A DNA stretch of 6,895 nt, the filler included, from Eremomyces bilateralis CBS 781.70 (lineage: Eukaryota), in the NCBI GenBank assembly GCA_010015585.1. It is 5 parts of 5 records of this genome, joined end to end, with 100 filler letters (N's around TTAATTAATTAA, not from the genome) between each part and the next. Parts side by side here need not be neighbours in the genome. Positions count along the whole stretch, not along the records: positions 1 to 1,762 come from ML975234.1; positions 1,863 to 3,103 come from ML975239.1; positions 3,204 to 4,420 come from ML975240.1; positions 4,521 to 5,668 come from ML975241.1; positions 5,769 to 6,895 come from ML975242.1. One strand, 5' to 3'. The notes below the pieces were generated by a model. It made no database searches, had not been told where the DNA came from, and worked only from the letters and a program-made list of their open reading frames with translations. A program made the position numbers and the translations under genes. Below are positions 1 through 6,895 of this stretch, in pieces; position 1 is the stretch's first letter, and the number at the start of each line of letters is the position of its first letter.

Positions 1-279
1 TATGTGGTATCAATCCCGTGTTCCCAACCATGACAGTGCATCACACATCCCGCGATGTTACCAACCCCTCATTCTTTGCTTTTTCGCTCGTTTTGAGGAA
101 ACCAGGGTCTCGGTAGCCATCAATTTGTATACAGAACTTAAATATGGGCGTATAGGAGCAAGATCAATCAATGTCTCAATTCTTGGTCAAACACAGAGCT
201 CCCGCTGTGACCTGTCTTGCAGACCACCTGATATCAGGAACCACTGTTTTCTCACATTCCTTCTCTTACAGATCTTAGC

Positions 280-1762
280 ATGGAGGATATCGCCCCTCCT
301 CCAGATTGTCTTTACACGTCCTATGAAGAAGCCTACAATTCTCTTAGGGACCATGGCATGCAGCATGGCTACGGCTTCCTACTCAAGCGGAGTAAACCTC
401 ATAATTCTAATGTTAAGACACGATATTACTACCACTGTGACCGATCCGGAAACTATCAGTTAAGAGCAAGGACTCTGAGTATAAGCATACGCTTAATAGG
501 GTGTCCTTTTAGGCTTGTTATATTCAAGAACAAAAGCGACGACCAGTAGAAGCTGGAGGTTCTACACAAGTATTACAACCATCCCCGGTCGCTTAACCCT
601 AGTGCGCATAATGTCTATCGCAAGCGTATATTAGTATAGAAAGATATAATTAAATCAATGATACATGCTGGGGTACGGCCGATGCAGATAATGGCTGCTA
701 TTCAAAAGGAGGATCCGAACACGCTAGTATCTGCTACCGATATTCGCGGCGAGAGGAAGGCAATCAGAGAGAAGCACTTAAATGGGAGGAGTCCGATTAA
801 GACATTGTTAGATAACCTATCTACGCCGGAATATGTCTTTACTATTAAGAAGGATGCGGATAATCACGTATAAAGTCTCTTCTTTGCCCACTAGAAGCAG
901 ATTGAGCTACTACTTGCGAATCCCGATATCCTGTTGATAGACTGTACGTACCGAACCAATAAGTACAAACTCCCACTGTTGCACATACTCGGCTGTACTA
1001 ATCTGTAGACCTTCTTCTCTGCAGGGTTCTGCTTCCTCCACAGCGAGAAAGAAGCAGATTACTATTAGGCAATCTCAAACTTCCTCCTCAAGACAGGGAC
1101 CCCGCAGCCACGCGTGTTTATCAGCGATCAGGAGGATGCGGTAAAACTAGCAGCTCGCACTCTATTTCCGGGTGTTCCACAACTCCTGTGCGTATGGCAT
1201 ATCAACAAGAATATGCAGACAAAGGCTCAAAAGACCTGGCGAGACGCTGATGGCGTAATAAAAGAAGAGAAGCAGAGAATTGCTGAGCACCGGGCCCAAT
1301 TTATGAAACGTTGGAGTCAGGTATGCTCCCCGCCAATAGCCTAAGAGGCGTTTCTAGAAGGCTTCCGGGAATGCCTCTTATAATTATTTTATAGAACTGA
1401 CTGGAGCAGCTTATCTACGCAAAGAGTCTATATACATTTAAGCTAAAGTGGAACGAGTTACTCAAAGACTACGTCGACCAGCGAGAACTTTGCCAATACT
1501 TACGTGACAATCAATGGCATACACGTACCGAGTGGGCAGCTGCTTGGACGTCTCAGCATCGACACTATAATATAATCACAACCTCTCCTGGTGAAGGAAT
1601 GCATAAGGTCTTGAAGGACTACCTTATGGCTTCAATAGGCGACTTGCTGCGTGTTGTTAGAAGGATTGAGCAGATGGTCAAGAGTCAATACAACAAGTAC
1701 AAGAAACAGGTTGCTTCTTCTAAACACAGTATTAAATTCGAGCACAGACTGGAGTCAATGCT
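280..1762 (+). pseudogene. Mutator-like (MULE) DDE transposase pseudogene, RIP-mutated, 3' end cut off by the contig end. Exon 1 = 280-1320, exon 2 = 1410->1762
   Basis: ORFs 280-549, 658-873 and 1114-1344 are one frame broken by stops at 547, 637, 871, 892, 1006 and 1066. Read-through gives a FAR1/WRKY-GCM1-like N-terminus (YYYHCDRSG..GCPFRL..YNH) and a MULE core: LLIDCTYRTNKYKLPL (D 940), FISDQEDA (D 1126), LLCVWHINKN (CxxH). After the intron come EWAAAWTSQHRHY and TTSPGEGMHKVLK (E 1593). Confidence 0.93.
1321..1409 (+). other. Spliceosomal intron (89 nt, phase 0) in the MULE transposase
   Basis: Donor CAG|GTATGC at 1321, branch-like ACTGAC at 1396-1401, acceptor CAG at 1407-1409. Removing it joins ...FMKRWSQ to LIYAKSLYTFKLKWNELLKDY..., which stays open into ORF 1599. 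Confidence 0.85.
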
Positions 1763-1862
1763 NNNNNNNNNNNNNNNNNNNNNNNNNNNNNNNNNNNNNN
1801 NNNNNNTTAATTAATTAANNNNNNNNNNNNNNNNNNNNNNNNNNNNNNNNNNNNNNNNNNNN
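1763..1862. other. Artificial contig-joining spacer N44-TTAATTAATTAA-N44
   Basis: Exactly 100 nt. The central 12-mer is palindromic and has stops in all six frames. Identical to the three other spacers. Confidence 0.98.
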
Positions 1863-2975
1863 GAATGAGGCCTTATCCGCTGCGTCGAATCCCCACCGTG
1901 CAATCTTCGTATTTGCCTGCCGGAAGTAGTGTTTTAACGCCAGAAACGGCTTCCCATCGAGCGGCTGAAGGAAATGGGTTGTATATGGAGGAAATGGGAT
2001 AAGAATAATATTAACCTTTTCGCAGAATTGAATGAACTCGTACGTAAGATGCGATGCGTGGTTATCCATTAAAAGGAGTCGATTCTCCCCTTTCTCAACC
2101 CGGTGGCTCGTACACTGATGGAAGTGCTGGATCCAATCGAAGGCGATAAGGTCGTTTGACCACCCAGACTTAGAGACATTAATACAGTAATCGTCTGGAA
2201 TCTTGCCTTCGTACCATCGTTCAAGATGGTTCTCGCCCCTTAGGATAAAGTAGGGTGGAAGGATCCCAGGCCGGAAACTGACGACTTTCTGTAGCTTCCC
2301 TTCACCAAGGCGGTAGCCACTTTCGTCGAAATTATACATATTCCGAGCCCGGATTCTGTGCCTTTGGATCTGCTCCTGGAGGAGCTGAAACCAATATTGT
2401 ATATGTCCAAGATCCTCAGCATATCGGCGGTCGACTTTAACTGGTTTTTGATCGATAAGCGGAAGGGAATGGCGCTTAATAAACTTATATTTCCAGTTCT
2501 TGCTCACGTACGGTGGCTGGGTAATATCGTCGAGGGCGTTTCTTCGGAGAATCGAGTTGGCGCACCCTCGATTTCTGTAGGCGTATGTTGTGAAGACGAC
2601 AAAAGTAGAAGACTGATTATATTGATTGATTTCTATGGAGCCTAACTAGTTGGGGATGTCTAGATATAGATGGTTGATCACCTGACTAGTGATGCCTGAG
2701 GCATCAATCCTTGAGGATAACCGTAACAGCGTAGGAGGTGCTCCCCACTCATCAAGCTGGTCGATCCAAGCTAAGAGAGCCTTCTCTTGTAGCTGATCGA
2801 GTATAGTAGCTTGTATGAACGGAGAACGATTGGTATAAGATGTTTTTCCTTTCAGGCGACCTTGAAGGACGAACCGGCTGATTTGAAACTCACGCGCCAA
2901 TGCTGAGATATTGACGGTTTTTCCTGCTTCTTTTTGCTCTGTAGCCTTCTTGACTGCTTTCTGTACTCAAGCATT
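1863..2975 (-). pseudogene. Fot1/pogo-like (Tc1/mariner superfamily) DD35D transposase, disrupted, 3' end cut off by the contig end; 5' boundary approximate
   Basis: N-terminal HTH (VQKAV..NISALAREFQISRFVLQGRLKG), then CENP-B/Tc5-type HTH (LQEKALLAWIDQLDEWGAPPT..ANSIL..VSKNWKYKFIKRH). DDE_1 core: YNFDESG, SGWSN, LLLMDNHASH, PPYTTHFLQPLD, with 35 residues between the second and third D. Broken by a solo LTR at 2586-2728, a frameshift near 2560-2566 and an in-frame TGA near the 5' end. Confidence 0.92.
2586..2728 (-). mobile_element. 143-bp solo LTR of an LTR retrotransposon, with a 5-bp TSD (GCGTA at 2581-2585 and 2729-2733)
   Basis: Ends are TGTT...AACA (minus strand TGTTACGG...CACAACA), flanked by a perfect direct repeat GCGTA. 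Excising the insert plus one TSD restores the transposase codons GCA CCT CCT ACG CCT ACA GAA ATC GAG (APPTPTEIE). Orientation is inferred, not proven. Confidence 0.88.
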
Positions 2976-3103
2976 CCAAATCTGTGTCAATCACGTGAAA
3001 ATTGCCCATTCCCCACTATTATACTTTTCACCACTTCCACTACCAATTTAGTATTAAGAACAGAGAGATTTTGGCGTTATATTTGAGATACAAGGAGCTA
3101 AGC

Positions 3104-3203
3104 NNNNNNNNNNNNNNNNNNNNNNNNNNNNNNNNNNNNNNNNNNNNTTAATTAATTAANNNNNNNNNNNNNNNNNNNNNNNNNNNNNNNNNNNNNNNNN
3201 NNN
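3104..3203. other. Artificial contig-joining spacer N44-TTAATTAATTAA-N44
   Basis: Same 100-nt linker as the others. Confidence 0.98.
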
Positions 3204-3205
3204 AG

Positions 3206-4048
3206 ACTGAAGAGTCCTGATTAGGCCTAGCCCAGGGGTAGGGGGCAGTGAAAGGAATGTTAGGTGGCAGTAGAAACCAACAGGGGCATCTTGCGACAAT
3301 TCCGGTAGCATACAAAGTTACTCCATATAACTATGACTCTACAGTAACTGAGCCTAAACAGCAATCGTGCTTAATCATCATCCCCGCATAAATGCGACAT
3401 GTACCGCCTTCTCTTCCTCAATTTCAGCCTCCTCCTCGACCCCAGGGTCAAACACTTGCTGAGGTCCTACGACACCTAAACACCTCTGTCGCCGTGCCAA
3501 CTCCTACATCTACACTAGTTCCGAACACTATAACTACTTCTATATCTATGTCGATCCCTGCACCTGCTCCTATGTCTTCCCCTACTCTATCTTATTTATC
3601 TTTACCTGTCTCTGTTACTATGTCTGTTACTATAGCTCGATCCCCTCTACAGACTGCTTAGCAACCTCCGACGTTAGAAGAGTTCTTTACTAACATCGAG
3701 CGTCGACGGTATTAGCCTCTTCTGTATAACTACAGTGACCTTAGTATAGTGACTAATTTTTTGGCAGAGACAGGGTAGGAAAAGGACCGGGCAGAACTGA
3801 TCGAAGCACGGAATATGGCTCTCGCTACGAGGGGAGTATATGCTTCCTACACCCCAACAATGGCATAGAATTATCACTTTGGAGATATGGAAGCTTTCTA
3901 CGCTGAAAAATTTGCACAAGTCGATGCTCAAAATCCTCTTTTTGGGTCTAGGGATGTGCGTAGACAGCGTCCTAAGCGTGCTGCAGCAGAGACGGCTTCA
4001 AATGCTTGGAAAGGACTTAGCCCGCGCAAGAGACAACGACGTCAGTAG
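3206..4048 (+). pseudogene. RIP-damaged C-terminal coding region of a DNA-transposon protein, probably the MULE transposase tail; 5' end cut off by the contig start
   Basis: The frame of ORF 3392-3661 continues through isolated stops (3218, 3239, 3389, 3659, 3713, 3776, 3866; mostly TAG/TAA, derivable from CAG/CAA/TGG). It reads a P/S/T-rich linker, then PPTLEEFFTNIERRR...MA*NYHFGDMEAFYAEKFAQ, and ends in a basic NLS-like RPKRAAAETASNAWKGLSPRKRQRRQ-stop about 90 nt before TIR-like sequence. No catalytic motif is present, so the family is inferred. Confidence 0.6.
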
Positions 4049-4420
4049 AAAGAAGATAGGCCTAATATGGAATACATTGAAACATTGAAGTTTGTTCGTA
4101 GAAGAAGATAGGAATATGTGCGCTAGGCCCAGTTGAGCTATTAATTTCCACCATTACTAGCGCAAGGGAGGCTGGTGAGATTTTCCCCCCCGCTTTTGAG
4201 ATTTTGCCCCCCCGTGAGATTTTCCCCCCGCGCTAGTGATGATGGAAATTAATCGCTGAACTAGGCTTAGCGCAAATGATTCTATATCTTCTTCAACAGA
4301 CAACTTCAATGTTTCAATCTATTCCTCATGAAGCCTATCTTCTACTAACGTCGCTGTCTCTTGCGCGGGCTAAGTCCTTTCCAAGCATTTGAAGCCGTCT
4401 CTGCTGCAGCACGCTTAGGA
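3970..4420. repeat. Large imperfect inverted repeat: arm 3970-4163 versus arm 4230-4420 (two related element 3' ends, tail-to-tail)
   Basis: 3970-4035 is the exact reverse complement of 4355-4420 (66 nt). Similarity continues with mismatches and indels to ttaatttccaccattactagcgc / gcgctagtgatgatggaaattaa. Confidence 0.93.
4170..4252 (-). mobile_element. Probable 3' terminal inverted repeat (about 83 bp) of a second MULE-like element lying on the minus strand
   Basis: Begins GGCTGGTGA, contains TGAGATTTT(C/G)C5-7 three times (4176, 4197, 4215) and ends CGCTAG..ATGRTGGAAATTAA. It is colinear with 5577-5659 and followed by the inverted 3' UTR and coding tail. Confidence 0.7.
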
Positions 4421-4520
4421 NNNNNNNNNNNNNNNNNNNNNNNNNNNNNNNNNNNNNNNNNNNNTTAATTAATTAANNNNNNNNNNNNNNNNNNNNNNNN
4501 NNNNNNNNNNNNNNNNNNNN
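4421..4520. other. Artificial contig-joining spacer N44-TTAATTAATTAA-N44
   Basis: Same 100-nt linker as the others. Confidence 0.98.
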
Positions 4521-4544
4521 AAAGAAAGAAAGAAAGAAAGAAAG
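4521..4544. repeat. (AAAG)6 microsatellite at the contig edge, (TTTC)n on the minus strand
   Basis: aaagaaagaaagaaagaaagaaag read directly; truncated by the spacer. Confidence 0.95.
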
Positions 4545-4746
4545 GCGCTATGAACCAAGTGCCACAGCCCCAGATCAGCCTTACGCCACTCCGCCTCCCT
4601 TGTACGACGAACCCCATAAACCGGCTCAATCTGCTTGTACTCCGCCAAAGTAGAAGTATTTCCGTTGAGCCTAACTTCCAGCTTCTCTAGATCTCCCCGA
4701 ATAAGTAGGGAGCCTTGGACAGTCATTAAACGGCAGGTGTGCCTAC

Positions 4747-4976
4747 CCGCCGGTACTGGTACCGCCGATAAGGTCAAACACCTCGCATGGCTTCACCGGA
4801 GGCAGGTTGTTATTCTTCCGTTCGTGGTTTAGCCGATTCATGACGCTCTTTAGGATGTATAGAGTCGAGAGACCGCGCACGCCGCCGCCATCGAGAGACA
4901 GCAGGCAAAGGCCTGTAGTGTCGAGAGGGTTTGGGTCGCCGCCGCGCTTGATCGTCGTGGCCTGTATCCGATCCAT
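4747..4976 (-). CDS. Exon 1 of a patatin-like phospholipase domain gene (partial)
   Basis: MDRIQ...LCLLSLDGGGVRGLSTLYILK (oxyanion-hole DGGGxRG motif) and PCEVFDLIGGTSTGG (GxSxG nucleophile elbow). The TAG that ends the ORF lies inside a donor-like GG|GTAGGC starting at 4746, a position where fungal patatin genes commonly have an intron. Confidence 0.88.
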
Positions 4977-5575
4977 GGCTCGATCCGCAGATGACGTTGT
5001 TCTTGGACTTGAAGGTGAGCGGGATCAGTTGCAACGAGAAGAATGTCATTATGCTTTATTCACTTCGTAGAATCTCACTCACTACGGACCACACTACTAC
5101 TTAGGGAAAATAACTCTATAAGTCACTATGAACCTTTCTTCCGTACCCTAGCCTTGAACCGCGAACAAAGTGAGCTTTGCTTGCTCTTGTGACTGTTACT
5201 TACTGTATAATTCTTATAATTTCATATTCGCTATATTTTTGGTCACTTTAAAATTTTCGAGACCTTGTGAAACATAAAATTACATCTACGTGGTTGCTAG
5301 TGAGCTGATTTTAACGCAGTACTCGTCATGCATCTTCAACGCCGAGATAGCATTTTCTATACTATAGCGCCACTATTATCGTATTCTCTTTTCAAAATAT
5401 TGCAAGGAGGGTAAAATCATCCTATATTGTCCTTTTATCATGTAAATATCAGTCGTCCTCATATTCGCGCTGTGTTAGAAACGATTTCAGTTCTTTCTAT
5501 CACGCTGATCGGTACTTAGTGCCGATTAAACTTCCCATCTCTAGTAATCTAAACAGTCACGGGATCATTACATAA

Positions 5576-5659
5576 GGGCTGGTGATATTTTCCCACCAGG
5601 TTTTGTTATTTTCCCACCAAATGCTATTTTCCCACCACGCTAGCAATGGTGGAAATTAA
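5576..5659 (+). mobile_element. Probable terminal inverted repeat of a MULE-like element, running into the contig end
   Basis: Starts GGGCTGGTGA, contains TATTTTCCCACCA three times (5586, 5607, 5625), then CGCTAGCAATGGTGGAAATTAA. It is homologous to 4170-4252, and its inner 22 nt match the reverse complement of 4141-4162 with one mismatch. Confidence 0.72.
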
Positions 5660-5668
5660 ATTCTTAAT

Positions 5669-5768
5669 NNNNNNNNNNNNNNNNNNNNNNNNNNNNNNNN
5701 NNNNNNNNNNNNTTAATTAATTAANNNNNNNNNNNNNNNNNNNNNNNNNNNNNNNNNNNNNNNNNNNN
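5669..5768. other. Artificial contig-joining spacer N44-TTAATTAATTAA-N44
   Basis: Same 100-nt linker as the others. Confidence 0.98.
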
Positions 5769-5770
5769 GG

Positions 5771-6895
5771 CCAGTACAAGATCGAGAGATTCGATGTATT
5801 CGGTGCGAGTGGAAGACAACGGATTCCGCGAGAGCTACCTCGACGTCGAACATGACCCTCCACCTCTCTAAGCATAGGAAGTACGAATCGAAAATAAAAC
5901 AACCGTCAATTGCTGGGTTTATTCAGAAACAGGCGGAGAATGGCAGAGCAAAACGTTTAGAGCGAAACCTACTGCGGTGGGTAGTCGCTGATGATATGGC
6001 CTTTAACGCTATTGAATCCCCAGCATTTCAGATGATCTTTCAGGATCTCGGCATCTCTCTCCCGCTTAACTCTCGTAAGACGGTAGCTCGTCGACTTGAG
6101 GCAGAATTCGAATCATACCAGAAGCAACTAATTGACGAACTGGACGGTACATGCGAAACAATTGCGCTCTCCTTGGACGCCTGGACCAGCCAGAATGCTA
6201 AGGCTATATTGGGAGTTCTGGGCCACTGGATTACGGCCGATTTCCAGTATCAAGAGCGGGTTCTCGAATTCGTAGAAATATGCGGTATACATAGCGGAGA
6301 GAATATGGCAGAGATTCTTCAAAGAACCTTAGAGGAGCTTCGAATCGAGGGTAAGCTCCTCGCCATCACGGCCGACAATGCTGCGAACAATGAACGCATG
6401 GTGTCGGAATTATATTTCAATCTGACGGAGAAATTTCGCAACTCAAATTCCACGACGGGCAATACTGGAACACTTCGATTTCAAGGACTAGACAGCTATA
6501 TCCGCTGTATAGCACATGTCCTCAATCTGATCGTCAAGAATATACTTTCGGCATTAAAATCTGGCGATCACAGCGTGGCAATGGCAGCTTGCGTTCTTAT
6601 GCAGGAAAATAAGGAGATTGGACCGCACTCTGCATTATCTCGACTTCGAATTATAGCTTGCTGGATTGCAAGATCGCCGCAACGGAAGCAGCAGTGGAAA
6701 CTTATCTGTCAGACCCATCGATTGAATGACAAGTTCATCGAGTACGACGTCGATACGCGTTGGAATTCGACCCGACGAATGCTGAGAGATGGACTGGGTG
6801 CAAAGCAACAGATTCAAAAGTGGACCGACCATGAAAAACGTCTTCCACCTTTTACGATCGAAGATTGGGATTTTCTTGAGCAAATTGAGAGCATC
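5771..6895 (+). CDS. hAT-superfamily transposase (fungal Ac/Restless-like), partial at both ends, frame open throughout
   Basis: Manual translation gives 375 codons with no stop. Motifs: BED-type zinc finger CIRC...TSNMTLHLSKH (5795-5875), WVVADDMAFNAIESPAF, SLDAWTS (D 6176), GHWI, HSGENMA, ITADNAANN (D 6374), IRCIAHVLNLIVK (CxxH 6506-6517), DVDTRWNST (RW 6758-6763). Confidence 0.95.

Noticed and set aside
2..463. 153-aa ORF
   Set aside because: No recognisable motifs, and it overlaps the MULE frame out of phase.
2240..2645. ORFs 2240-2422 (-) and 2358-2645 (+)
   Set aside because: Alternate-frame or antisense shadows of the pogo transposase and LTR, with no motifs.
2976..3103. Possible pogo 5' TIR and start codon
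   Set aside because: No recognisable TA-flanked TIR, no partner end in the window, and the nearest ATG (about 3008) is out of frame with the HTH.
3611..3632. Tandem TCTGTTACTA duplication
   Set aside because: Part of the low-complexity S/V/T/M coding linker, not an independent element.
3674..4088. ORFs 3674-3931 (-) and 3840-4088 (+)
   Set aside because: Shadows of the stop-interrupted frame ending at 4048, which gives the more protein-like read-through.
4176..4229. Three regularly spaced repeats (also 5586-5637) as a mini-CRISPR or G-quadruplex
   Set aside because: Spacers are only a few nt, the context is eukaryotic and there are only three long G-tracts. TIR sub-repeats explain them better.
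4545..4605. tRNA-like A-box/B-box resemblance on the minus strand (GGCGGAGTGGCGTAAGGC ... GGTTCA)
   Set aside because: I could not build a cloverleaf and the B-box is a poor match, so it is not called a tRNA. A SINE origin remains untested.
4469..5070. ORFs 4469-4777, 4635-4832, 4807-5070 and 4810-5049
   Set aside because: They overlap the patatin exon or intron in other frames or run into the spacer, and have no motifs.
1807..5724. TTAATTAATTAA repeated four times at intervals, resembling an array, a TTAA piggyBac site or a regulatory repeat
   Set aside because: It is always centred in exactly 88 Ns, so it is a synthetic all-frame-stop linker.
5717..6883. Minus-strand ORFs 5717-5902, 6128-6322 and 6635-6883
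   Set aside because: Antisense shadows of the hAT transposase.
1..6895. A composite multi-transposase plus patatin system or giant mobile element
   Set aside because: The components sit on separate size-ordered contigs, and nothing in the sequence supports physical linkage.

Overview
Filamentous-ascomycete DNA that is not one contiguous locus. Five short pieces (1-1762, 1863-3103, 3204-4420, 4521-5668, 5769-6895) are joined by four identical 100-nt artificial spacers (N44-TTAATTAATTAA-N44) in descending size order. Piece 1: Mutator/MULE transposase pseudogene with one intron and six RIP-type in-frame stops. Piece 2: minus-strand Fot1/pogo DD35D transposase, interrupted by a 143-bp solo LTR (TG...CA, 5-bp TSD) and also carrying a frameshift and an apparent internal deletion. 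Piece 3: RIP-damaged 3' tail of a probable MULE, abutting a second related element end in inverted orientation (about 450-bp fold-back, TIR with three sub-repeats). Piece 4: exon 1 of a patatin-like phospholipase gene (possibly the N-terminus of a fungal NLR), with unexplained sequence ending in (TTTC)n in its first intron and a related TIR 600 bp upstream. Piece 5: an uninterrupted 375-codon hAT transposase frame that the ORF track missed. I see no support for a new multi-gene system, because adjacency across the spacers is artificial. The real signals are nested and interrupted transposons within the individual pieces.
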